A stretch of 64,000 bases of DNA from a virus (taxonomy: Duplodnaviria; Heunggongvirae; Uroviricota; Caudoviricetes): IMG/VR virus record IMGVR_UViG_3300014205_000176; one strand, given 5' to 3'. The notes under the pieces were generated by a model, which searched no databases, was not told the origin of the DNA, and saw only the letters and a program-made list of their open reading frames with translations. A program made the translations under genes and the position numbers. Below, one piece after another: positions 20,669-28,924 of the stretch (positions are counted from its first letter, which is position 1; every line of letters starts with the position of its first letter).

Positions 20669-21667
20669 ATGGTACAAAAGAAAATTACAAAGACAACTAG
20701 CAAAGCAAAGAAAACCGCCTCTGATATCGTGGAAGATGTAACCACGGCAGCCCCAGTCGATGAGAAGGCTCGTAAAGTTCGTGCCCAATATAAAGACCAG
20801 GCTGTTGCAGACTCAGCATCGCTAACTGTTGAGAGGGTTACTCAATCACTAACCAAGGCCGGTCTTGATATTACTAAGACCTTACACTCTGTTCGGGAGC
20901 TTTTCGAGTCTGAGATTTCTGCACTTCAGACGATCAAGGAAGCAATCGAGGCAAAGCAAGAGGAATTGGGAGAGCTTTATGACAAGGAAGTTATAGCGGC
21001 TTCTTTGACAGAACTGGTTCTTCAATACGAAGCTCGCAAGGCTGACCTATTGAAGGCCGAGGAAGAGGCTCGCAAGGCATGGTCCAAAGAGCAGACTGAT
21101 CACGCGGCAGCTCTCCGAGAACGCACCGAGCAGGTGTCTAAGGAGCGCACTCGTGAACAAGAAGAGTTCGAATACGCCAAGGGTATTGCTCGCCGAAATG
21201 CAGAAGATGCGTGGAAGGCGGAACATTCAAAGCGTGTTCTGGAATTGAAGCAGGTAGAAGAAGCCCATCAAAAGAATTGGAGTGAGCGAGAGCAGGTTAT
21301 CCAGAAGACGGAAGCTGAAATTGCTGCATCCAAATCTAAGCTCGATAATTTCGACGCCACTGTCAAAGCAGATGTTGATAAGCAAGTTGCAATTATCGGG
21401 AATGCAATGAAGTCCAAGTACGAAACCGAAGCCAGAATTAAATCTCTGGAATTCGATGGCGAAAAGAAACTCCTTGAGAGAGACAATGCAACGCTCAAAG
21501 AATTGCTTGGAATCAAAGAGATGGAAATGGCTCAGCTGCGAGCTGCTCTAGAGAAGAAGGATTCCGAGGTAAAGGAAGTCGCAGTAGCGGCGCTGAATTC
21601 GCAGTCCGGCAAGCAAGCATTGGCTGCCGTGCAAGAAATGAATCAGAACCAAGGCGGCAAAAAGTAA
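20669..21667 (+). CDS. coiled-coil protein (Glu/Lys/Ala-rich)
   Basis: 332-aa ORF with a strong terminator downstream. Confidence 0.5.
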   Translation: MVQKKITKTTSKAKKTASDIVEDVTTAAPVDEKARKVRAQYKDQAVADSASLTVERVTQSLTKAGLDITKTLHSVRELFESEISALQTIKEAIEAKQEELGELYDKEVIAASLTELVLQYEARKADLLKAEEEARKAWSKEQTDHAAALRERTEQVSKERTREQEEFEYAKGIARRNAEDAWKAEHSKRVLELKQVEEAHQKNWSEREQVIQKTEAEIAASKSKLDNFDATVKADVDKQVAIIGNAMKSKYETEARIKSLEFDGEKKLLERDNATLKELLGIKEMEMAQLRAALEKKDSEVKEVAVAALNSQSGKQALAAVQEMNQNQGGKK

Positions 21668-21676
21668 AGATAGGAT

Positions 21677-21713
21677 CGAGGGGCGGAAAAAACACCGCCC
21701 CTCGGTTTGTTTG
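21677..21713 (+). terminator. rho-independent terminator
   Basis: 10-bp GC stem CGAGGGGCGG / CCGCCCCTCG with an 8-nt loop, followed by GTTTGTTTG. Confidence 0.65.
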
Positions 21714-21796
21714 ATTGACAGGGACCGTGGCAATGAATAGTATGCACGCTGTGCCGGGGGCGCTCCTAAGACGCCATCGAAGACACGGAGAATACA

Positions 21797-22537
21797 ATGC
21801 CAAAACTCAATCAGATAATTGCCATTGAAGATGGTGCGAAGAAGACAGGTTACGCAGATCTAACCAAGACACATCATGTCTTGCAGAAGCCAGATTTGTT
21901 TTCTGGGTTTGTGGCAACGTATGCTCCTCACACCGAAGACCCAACGCTGAAACAAGCTGACCAGCGCAAGGTCATCCAGCAAAGCGCTCCGGATATCGTC
22001 AAACTGGCTCAAGCTGGCCTGGCCGAGATGTGGAATGTGGTAGCCACCAAGGACATCGGCAACTGCTCTGCTAAGGCAGATGTAGTGGTGGATGGCGTAA
22101 CGTTGGCTTCACAAGTTCCAGTTACTCATTTGCTTTTCTTGGAGAAGCAATTGGGCGACATGAGAACATTCATTGCCAAACTTCCGGTATTGGATCCGGC
22201 AAAGGAATGGGAGTACGATCCTAATAAGGGAATGTACCAAACGAAATTCCACGAGCAGCGCATCAAGACTCGCAAGGTTCACAAGTCCTTGGTGAAGATT
22301 GAACCGGGGCCGCACTCTCCTGGACAAGCAGAAATCATTACCGTGGATGAGCCTGAAGGTGTTTGGACTCAGGTGGATATGTCTACAGCTTATCCACAAG
22401 ATGCCATTCGTCAGATGCTCGATCGAGTTGCCAAACTATCGGCAGCTGTGAAGTCGGCGCGTGAAGAAGCCAACTCCATTGATGTTACGAAAGCTACGAT
22501 GGCAGAAAAGCTTCTCAGTTTCATTTTTGGGACTTGA
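21797..22537 (+). CDS. hypothetical protein
   Basis: 246-aa ORF. Confidence 0.5.
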   Translation: MPKLNQIIAIEDGAKKTGYADLTKTHHVLQKPDLFSGFVATYAPHTEDPTLKQADQRKVIQQSAPDIVKLAQAGLAEMWNVVATKDIGNCSAKADVVVDGVTLASQVPVTHLLFLEKQLGDMRTFIAKLPVLDPAKEWEYDPNKGMYQTKFHEQRIKTRKVHKSLVKIEPGPHSPGQAEIITVDEPEGVWTQVDMSTAYPQDAIRQMLDRVAKLSAAVKSAREEANSIDVTKATMAEKLLSFIFGT

Positions 22538-22736
22538 TCCCAAGGGGAGGTTAGTGCTGATACCACTTTCCTTCCACCAGTTCGCCCACCACGTAGATCC
22601 GGAAGTTTTTGTCCGGGTAGGCAAACCCTACTATAATAGGTGGAGTTAGGTCTGTGGGTGAGCACCAATTTCTCTCTCCGGCTGTGAAAGGCTTGAGAGG
22701 GACGCCCCCTTGATGGGGGTTTCAGCAGACAAGTTG

Positions 22737-22760
22737 AATCTCAATCTCAATCTCAATCTG
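22737..22760. repeat. tandem hexamer repeat (AATCTC)x3 plus AATCTG
   Basis: Read directly from the sequence, inside a 620-nt non-coding stretch. Confidence 0.8.
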
Positions 22761-22790
22761 AAAGCACAAGCGCGCGGGAGAAATCCCATT

Positions 22791-22815
22791 GCAGGTTCGA
22801 GTCCTGCCCCGGCTA
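22791..22815 (+). ncRNA. tRNA-like T-arm plus 3' acceptor strand
   Basis: GCAGG-TTCGAGT-CCTGC followed by CCCGGCT-A; the complementary 5' strands AGCCGGG/GGCCGGG lie about 2.7 kb upstream (20099-20127). Confidence 0.3.
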
Positions 22816-22956
22816 CCGGCCCTTGAGGCCTGCCATAAAGGCAATATAGTCGGGTGCCCAAACTGGCAAAGGGGCGCGTGGGCAAGTCAATCTATTCTGC
22901 TAATCTCAGTAAAACAGAGCCGATCTAATCAAGTTGTAGTGTATATGTAGAGGAAA

Positions 22957-23020
22957 TGTTGGTTCGATTCCAACTCTCCCGACAAAGTGTATCAGCAAAG
23001 TTATCATCGTTAGTACATTT
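22957..23020 (+). ncRNA. tRNA-like T-arm followed by a long imperfect inverted repeat
   Basis: GTTGG-TTCGATT-CCAAC, then CTCCCGACAAAGTGTA ... TACATTTTGTCGGGAG (16-bp inverted repeat, 1 mismatch). Confidence 0.3.
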
Positions 23021-23099
23021 TGTCGGGAGATAGTATAAGGGAAACACACCTCGCTTCAAAATTAACACTACATTAAACGCCGTAGGTTGGATAGCTGAT

Positions 23100-23148
23100 G
23101 GGCGACGAGGGAAAAATGGTTAAAACTCCCAAGTCGCCCTTTCTATTT
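23100..23148 (+). terminator. candidate terminator hairpin
   Basis: GGGCGAC ... GTCGCCC stem around an internal GGGA/TCCC stem, followed by TTTCTATTT. Confidence 0.3.
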
Positions 23149-23158
23149 AAGGACTAAT

Positions 23159-23437
23159 ATGATTGGCCTAATCAAAGATCCTGAAGAACTTCGAGATTGG
23201 TTAAAGGGAAGGCGCAGGGCCAATCTCCGAGTGTGTTCAAATGCTCATCTTAGAATGCTTGGGTTTGCGGATGTATCAACCGCTGACTACATTACTTGCG
23301 ACATAACCACATTCATAAAAGCCAGAGACCTATATAAGGTATACATCAAAATCAACAAAGCTAAAGCTGAGGAGAATGATGGGGCTATGCTTCAGCACTG
23401 GTTGAAGGTGATTGTGATAAATAGTATCCAAAGATAG
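23159..23437 (+). CDS. hypothetical protein
   Basis: 92-aa ORF with AAGGA RBS. Confidence 0.4.
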   Translation: MIGLIKDPEELRDWLKGRRRANLRVCSNAHLRMLGFADVSTADYITCDITTFIKARDLYKVYIKINKAKAEENDGAMLQHWLKVIVINSIQR

Positions 23438-23465
23438 TGACACTGGAATTATATATTAGCATAAT

Positions 23466-23843
23466 GTGGCATCTCAATCATCGAGGTGCAAAATGGTTGA
23501 TGTACTACTGGCATCACTACTTGATGCAATAAGAGCGCAGAGTGATCTTCGAACAGGCAATACAGATCTGAGAGACGTCAATGATGCGTCCGCTCGCTTT
23601 ATCAAGGCGCTGAACTCATTGATCGATCAGCATATCAACGCCAATATCGAAGAGAGAAAGAAGTTCAGGAGCCAAGAGAAAGCTCAAGAGAAGGGTAGTA
23701 TACGGCCCCTCACCGCCCTGAATTCTGTACCTCCTCCACTAGAAGAAATAGATTTGGACGACCCTGATTACGTCAGAGAGTGGTTCAAGCAATACAAACA
23801 TTGGTACGACACAAAAAGAAAGGCAGCCTTAACTAGTGGATAA
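23466..23843 (+). CDS. hypothetical protein
   Basis: 125-aa ORF. Confidence 0.4.
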   Translation: MASQSSRCKMVDVLLASLLDAIRAQSDLRTGNTDLRDVNDASARFIKALNSLIDQHINANIEERKKFRSQEKAQEKGSIRPLTALNSVPPPLEEIDLDDPDYVREWFKQYKHWYDTKRKAALTSG

Positions 23844-23845
23844 TT

Positions 23846-24085
23846 ATGCCAAATGTCATTCAGAAATATTACTCTGGGGCCATCAGAGACAATGAGCTTC
23901 TTGATGCGATTGATGAAGCTGTCCAGGAATGGCATAACAGCGGAGCTGAAATCTCCGAACCCCTACATGTATTCTTAGGGATGTGTTTCCCCGAATATGC
24001 GCTCTGGGTAACATCACCAAGTAAGTTTGTTGCGCAGATGCACCACCAGAGTTACTTCCCAATGTTCTGGGGGCTTACTGATTAA
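23846..24085 (+). CDS. hypothetical protein
   Basis: 79-aa ORF. Confidence 0.35.
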   Translation: MPNVIQKYYSGAIRDNELLDAIDEAVQEWHNSGAEISEPLHVFLGMCFPEYALWVTSPSKFVAQMHHQSYFPMFWGLTD

Positions 24086-24087
24086 TC

Positions 24088-24777
24088 TTGCATCTTGGTA
24101 TGCGAGACAGCGTAAAGAATATATTCCCAGAGTTCAGTAGAAATTTCGAAGGCTATGTCCACTGGATGTATCAAGATGTCAAAGGCCTAATCACAATAGG
24201 TATTGGTAATCTGATTGATCCTGTTAGTTTGGCTGTATATCTTCCATTTACTAAAAAGGATGGGTCGAGAGCTTCGCAGGACGAAATCAAAGCTGAGTGG
24301 AAACAAATCAAAGATAGGGCTGAGCTGGCTAAACAGGGCCACAAAGCCGCGATGAAGTATTGTACCCTCAGGCTTTCTGATGATGCGATAGCAAATTTAG
24401 TTCGCACTAAGCTAGAACAAAATGAAGACTATCTTATCAAGCATTATTTCCCAGAGTTCAATGACTGGCCAGCAGATGCGCAGTTGGCAGTTCTTAGCAT
24501 GGCGTGGGCATTAGGATCAAACTTCCCAGCTACATGGACCAAGCTCAAGGCAGCCTGCATAGCTAGAAATTGGGAATTAGCAGCAGTGAGCTGTCATATT
24601 AATGAAGTGGGAAATGCCGGAGTCAAACCTCGCAACGAAGCAAATGTCAAGCTATTCAAATCAGCCGCCGCTCCAAAGGCACCTGAAGAGATGATCGATG
24701 CCGCCGAGAAGAATAGAATCATGAACCTGGTGGCATTGACAATGTCTCAAAGCATACGTGATGACGAGAATGCGTAA
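24088..24777 (+). CDS. GH24 lysozyme (T4 lysozyme-like endolysin)
   Basis: 'FEGYVHWMYQDVKGLITIGIGNLI' aligns with the T4 lysozyme catalytic E/D/T segment '[23 protein letters not shown]'; C-terminal 'LAVLSMAWALG...WELAAV' also similar. Confidence 0.75.
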   Translation: MHLGMRDSVKNIFPEFSRNFEGYVHWMYQDVKGLITIGIGNLIDPVSLAVYLPFTKKDGSRASQDEIKAEWKQIKDRAELAKQGHKAAMKYCTLRLSDDAIANLVRTKLEQNEDYLIKHYFPEFNDWPADAQLAVLSMAWALGSNFPATWTKLKAACIARNWELAAVSCHINEVGNAGVKPRNEANVKLFKSAAAPKAPEEMIDAAEKNRIMNLVALTMSQSIRDDENA

Positions 24778-24785
24778 GGAATAAT

Positions 24786-25016
24786 ATGATGGACACTCAT
24801 GATACAGTTCCTTCTCCGCCTCCGATAGAAACAATTCCTCCGGATACTATTCCGCATAATCCACTTCCGGAAATCACAGAGGTAGATAATCCACTTCCAG
24901 AAGAGCTTGTATCTACAGCTGTCACAATTACTCCACCAAGCTTTAATGTACCACTTATCATGTTGTTAATTACTGCCGCTGCCACGCTGTTGTCCATGTT
25001 TTATTGTTGCCATTAG
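24786..25016 (+). CDS. Pro-rich small membrane protein (holin/spanin candidate)
   Basis: Pro-rich N-terminus and C-terminal hydrophobic helix 'LIMLLITAAATLLSMFYCC'; directly downstream of the lysozyme gene. Confidence 0.4.
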   Translation: MMDTHDTVPSPPPIETIPPDTIPHNPLPEITEVDNPLPEELVSTAVTITPPSFNVPLIMLLITAAATLLSMFYCCH

Positions 25017-25062
25017 GCAGGCAATCAGGTACGATACCCGGCACCGGTAGCAGGAGCGCGCG

Positions 25063-25335
25063 ATGCTTAACCGGACAATACAGGTCGGAACAGTCACCCT
25101 GACGTTGGGTCTCAATAACGGATTTAATCGCTACGAAGGCGTTACGGAAAATTCTAGGGTACTGGTGCGCCATGACCCCTGGGGAACGTGGAGCGCGTGC
25201 GTAGTAAAGAGAAATGGTAAAGGCTCGATGATAACCATCTCTGGTGATTACTTCTCACCAGAAGCTGCTGGAAATGCATTGGTGGAAGCGGCAGCTGGTT
25301 TCCATAAAGCTCTCGGCGAATTCATTGGAAAGTAA
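25063..25335 (+). CDS. hypothetical protein
   Basis: 90-aa ORF. Confidence 0.35.
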   Translation: MLNRTIQVGTVTLTLGLNNGFNRYEGVTENSRVLVRHDPWGTWSACVVKRNGKGSMITISGDYFSPEAAGNALVEAAAGFHKALGEFIGK

Positions 25336-25341
25336 TAGCAC

Positions 25342-25647
25342 ATGAACCCTGATACGAATCAACTTGAAGCTCTCAGAGAGGTTTTTGAAAACAAATCTGT
25401 CGCAGATCAATTACGTGAACAACTAATAGGAATCTTCGATGGTGATTTTCAATCCGCATTGATACGCCCGGATGGCTCAAAAGTTCCAAAACACTGGGCG
25501 ATCTTCCAGGTTGGCGAGCTTGTTGTTCTCAAAGACTACACCTTCAAGATTGCTTACATGAATGACGGCACCATTATCTTAGAGCCGGTAGGACCAATTG
25601 AAGTGGGTAAGAGCTTCGCTGAAGAGCTTCTCAACAACAAAAAATAA
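25342..25647 (+). CDS. hypothetical protein
   Basis: 101-aa ORF. Confidence 0.4.
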   Translation: MNPDTNQLEALREVFENKSVADQLREQLIGIFDGDFQSALIRPDGSKVPKHWAIFQVGELVVLKDYTFKIAYMNDGTIILEPVGPIEVGKSFAEELLNNKK

Positions 25648-25658
25648 CTCTTTGGTAA

Positions 25659-26042
25659 ATGGTTAGTAAAATCATCTTTCATCGAAATAGAAAACTTCCA
25701 TCAACAGGAAGCGTTGTCGATGATTTCAAAGGAACTATTCTTGTTCACTATCCAGAAACGAAGCTTGATTTTGAGAAGACTGTTTCTGTAAAGGCATCAT
25801 TCCCCGGATCGATTGAGACTGTAAAAGTCTATGTGTTTGATGCCCATAATCCAGAATGGTTCTTTGATAAGTTCTTCTGTTGGCATAGGCGGGTAGTTGA
25901 GTACGGAGAGCATAGATTACTAACCTATACTTTAGCTGGATACTCTTTAGATAACCCTCATGGTCTTGCGCGCAATCCAGAAGAAGCCGTTGAGATGATG
26001 GCTAAACTTGATAAGGACTATACCGTTGTCAAAGGTAATTAG
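25659..26042 (+). CDS. hypothetical protein
   Basis: 127-aa ORF. Confidence 0.4.
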   Translation: MVSKIIFHRNRKLPSTGSVVDDFKGTILVHYPETKLDFEKTVSVKASFPGSIETVKVYVFDAHNPEWFFDKFFCWHRRVVEYGEHRLLTYTLAGYSLDNPHGLARNPEEAVEMMAKLDKDYTVVKGN

Positions 26043-26334
26043 AGAATACATCTCGTGTGATGAACAGCTTCGGCGCTGGGTTGATGGAGAATCTGTTCAT
26101 AGACTCATCTCTAGCGATGAAGATAGCGAATGCTGCCCAGACTTCTCTTGTTGTAAACCGGAATTTCTGCAGCCAGTTGAGGTGAGACAGGCCTTCGCAG
26201 CCGCTGATGATGAGAAGCGCCACGAGTTTCTGATGACGTTCCTTGGAGCGGCTATTCAGTGTGCAGCGCAAGAGGGACATAAAAAGGATTTGGAAGTGTA
26301 TCTGGCGGGCAAAGACCCCACGAAGGAAGTTTGA
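26008..26334 (+). CDS. hypothetical Cys-rich protein
   Basis: 108-aa ORF, 'CCPDFSCC'. Confidence 0.35.
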   Translation: MIRTIPLSKVIREYISCDEQLRRWVDGESVHRLISSDEDSECCPDFSCCKPEFLQPVEVRQAFAAADDEKRHEFLMTFLGAAIQCAAQEGHKKDLEVYLAGKDPTKEV

Positions 26335-26335
26335 T

Positions 26336-27295
26336 ATGAGCACAGCAGCTGACGAAATCAAGGGCAAATACTTCAGGATCCTAGACCATGGCTTCATCTC
26401 CCTAGTTGATTACATGGGAGATGATTCTTCTATTGTTCAAGCCGCCCGTGTTAGTTACGGCGCAGGTACTAAGAACACAGGTACAGACCGCGGGCTCCTT
26501 CGTTACATGCTGAAGCACGGCCACACCTCTCCCTTCGAGCAGGTCATCCTCAAGTTCCATGTGAAGCTTCCTGTGTTCGTGGCCCGGCAATTGATCCGTC
26601 ACCGCACCGCCAGCATCAACGAGTACTCTATGAGATACTCTCTTCCCGTGATGCAGTTCTACATGCCGAATGCCAACGACATGGGAACCCAGTCCAAGAA
26701 GAATAAACAGGGTAGAGCTGAACCAGTATCAGCTGAGCAAGCGGCTCTTATCCAAAACAAATGGAAGGAGATGCAGGTCTCCGCCATTGAATTCTACGAG
26801 TATCTAACCTCTCAAGAAGTAGATATGGCGCGGGAGATTGCTCGCATTGGGTTGCCGCTCTCCATATATACTGAGTGGTATTGGACCATTGATCTCCACA
26901 ACCTATTGCACTTCATGGGTCTGCGTAGCGATAGCCATGCACAGTGGGAGATTCAACAGTTCAGCAATGTTAAAGCCGCAATGGTGAAGCGCGTAACTCC
27001 AGCAGCCTATGAAGCTTGGATTGATTACAAGTTCCAAGGCTACAAGTTCAGCCGTATGGAGATGATTGTATTGCTAGAATCATTGGCGGGAATCACCACA
27101 GCCAACAATATCCAAGAGCGTTGTGTGAATCTTGGAATGACTACAAGAGAAATTTCAGAGTTCACAGAGGTTATAAAAGCAACCTCTCTGGAACGTTTCG
27201 AGAAACCCATTGACTTCGATCTTAATCCGGCAGATGGATTGTCTGGAGAGGTATTGTTGGCCGAGGCCCAGCGGTTTATTCCCAGGAGTTTGTGA
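26336..27295 (+). CDS. thyX: flavin-dependent thymidylate synthase ThyX
   Basis: ThyX signature 'RHRTASINEYSMRYS' (RHRx7-8S) and N-terminal 'LDHGFISLVDYMGDD'; start moved to the ATG after the upstream stop. Confidence 0.8.
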   Translation: MSTAADEIKGKYFRILDHGFISLVDYMGDDSSIVQAARVSYGAGTKNTGTDRGLLRYMLKHGHTSPFEQVILKFHVKLPVFVARQLIRHRTASINEYSMRYSLPVMQFYMPNANDMGTQSKKNKQGRAEPVSAEQAALIQNKWKEMQVSAIEFYEYLTSQEVDMAREIARIGLPLSIYTEWYWTIDLHNLLHFMGLRSDSHAQWEIQQFSNVKAAMVKRVTPAAYEAWIDYKFQGYKFSRMEMIVLLESLAGITTANNIQERCVNLGMTTREISEFTEVIKATSLERFEKPIDFDLNPADGLSGEVLLAEAQRFIPRSL

Positions 27296-27603
27296 TGGGT
27301 GGAGGAATCCCAAAAACACTAGCGGCTCACATGCGGGCTGGAGAGAATCCAAATTGGCCCAAACGATTTGTGTTTGCGTCAACATCCAGACATATAGAAA
27401 CAGCATCTACGAGTGTTTGGAATGAAGGAGAGCTTTGGAGAGTCGTCGGAGTGCCTGGCGAAGTTCCAACCGGTAAACATTGGAAGGTAACTTTGGAAGA
27501 AATTCCATCCGATACTTTATTTACTGCAACGGAAGAGGAAATGGATAAGGCTATTTCCAATTCAAAACAAAAAATTATAGACGAAGAGCTTGCGAAAGAT
27601 TGA
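27292..27603 (+). CDS. hypothetical protein
   Basis: 103-aa ORF. Confidence 0.35.
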   Translation: MMGGGIPKTLAAHMRAGENPNWPKRFVFASTSRHIETASTSVWNEGELWRVVGVPGEVPTGKHWKVTLEEIPSDTLFTATEEEMDKAISNSKQKIIDEELAKD

Positions 27604-28315
27604 TATATACCAATGCATGGTTTGTGTAATTTATGTTATAAGCAACACTATAAATAGTAAGGTATATGTTGGGCAAACTTGGCGCGGTGTGGAAAAGAGA
27701 TTTACAAACCACAAGAATGATAAAAGATTTTGTATCAAGTTAGTAAGGGCATTTGCTAAGCTAGGTAAAGATAATTTCTCGGCAAAGCACCTGGCTTATT
27801 GTGAAACGCAAGCGCAAGCCGACTCATCTGAGATATGGTTTATTAAATATTTTGATAGCATAAAGCAGGGATACAATATTAGGGGAGGCGGTTCTCGCGG
27901 CAAGATGTCTGAAGATACTAAACGCAAGATATCGAAAGCACATATTGGGTTGAATACTTGGACAAGAGGCAGTAAAGCTTCACAAGAAACCAAAGATAAG
28001 CTTTCAGGCTTACTTATCGGAAATACTAGAAGGTGTGGAAAATTAGCATCTAAAGAGACAAAGTCTAGGATGTCGCTGTCTAGAATTGGAAACAAAAACA
28101 GACTTGGAATAAAACACTCAGAAGAAACCAAAGCAAAGATATCAAAAACTTCTAGTGGTGCCAATAATGGAAATTCTAAAACAAACTACGACACCGCTTG
28201 TCAAATAAGAGATGATGCTAAAACAATTAAAAGTCAAAGGACTCTGGCATTAAAATATAGATTGTCGAAAACCACAATAGGAAGGATATTGCGTAATGAG
28301 TGTTGGACAAAATGA
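27590..28315 (+). CDS. GIY-YIG homing endonuclease with tandem NUMOD3-like DNA-binding motifs
   Basis: 'IYVISNTINSKVYVGQT...R...H' GIY-YIG core; repeated 'K?SKAHIG / RMSLSRIGNKN / ETKAKISK' NUMOD3-like units. Confidence 0.7.
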   Translation: MRKIDIYQCMVCVIYVISNTINSKVYVGQTWRGVEKRFTNHKNDKRFCIKLVRAFAKLGKDNFSAKHLAYCETQAQADSSEIWFIKYFDSIKQGYNIRGGGSRGKMSEDTKRKISKAHIGLNTWTRGSKASQETKDKLSGLLIGNTRRCGKLASKETKSRMSLSRIGNKNRLGIKHSEETKAKISKTSSGANNGNSKTNYDTACQIRDDAKTIKSQRTLALKYRLSKTTIGRILRNECWTK

Positions 28316-28922
28316 GTTATTCTTTTCATGCGACATAGAATCAGATGGTCCCATCCCTGGCCGTAATTCAATGTTGTCATTTGGCTGCGCTGTATTCACC
28401 GGCACAGGTAAGATGATCGATACCTACTATGCAAACCTCGATGTTCTTCCAGAAGCTACACCAGATGCAGATACAATGAACTGGTGGAAGACACAACAAG
28501 CGGCGTGGGAAGCTTGCCGACAGAACACTCGTCCAGCCGAAGTTGTCATGCCGGAGTTCGTGCAGTGGGTGAAGAAAGTATCTGGAAAAGACAAACCAGT
28601 CTTCGTTGGCTACCCAACAGGATTTGATTTTACCCACATGTATTGGTACATGATAGCTTTTGCTGGAGAAAGCCCATTCTCTTTCTCAGCTCTTGATATC
28701 AAGACAATGGCCATGGTTGTCTTGGGTACAGATTTCAGGAATACAACAAAGAGAGCATTCCCAAAATCTTGGTTCGGCAAGAGCCGTCACAGCCACGTTG
28801 CTCTTGATGATGCAATTGAACAAGGAGAATTGTTCTGCAACATCTTGGCTGAGACTCGGAAACAGCCAAAGCCACAACCATTTGCTGAACGTGGATATGC
28901 GCCAAGAGGCTTAAGTAAGTAG
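28296..28922 (+). CDS. DEDDh 3'-5' exonuclease (DnaQ/RNase T-like)
   Basis: Exo I 'FFSCDIESDG', Exo II 'YPTGFDFTHMYWYM', Exo III 'HVALDDAIEQGELF'. Confidence 0.6.
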   Translation: MSVGQNELFFSCDIESDGPIPGRNSMLSFGCAVFTGTGKMIDTYYANLDVLPEATPDADTMNWWKTQQAAWEACRQNTRPAEVVMPEFVQWVKKVSGKDKPVFVGYPTGFDFTHMYWYMIAFAGESPFSFSALDIKTMAMVVLGTDFRNTTKRAFPKSWFGKSRHSHVALDDAIEQGELFCNILAETRKQPKPQPFAERGYAPRGLSK

Positions 28923-28924
28923 TC

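Noticed and set aside
20444-20788. Minus-strand ORF 20444..20788 and ORF 22646..22885(-)
   Set aside because: Translations such as 'GPLGFEPRTASN' and 'AGAGLEPAMGF' are typical read-through of tRNA-like T-arm sequence on the wrong strand. They overlap non-coding RNA-like elements and real plus-strand genes.
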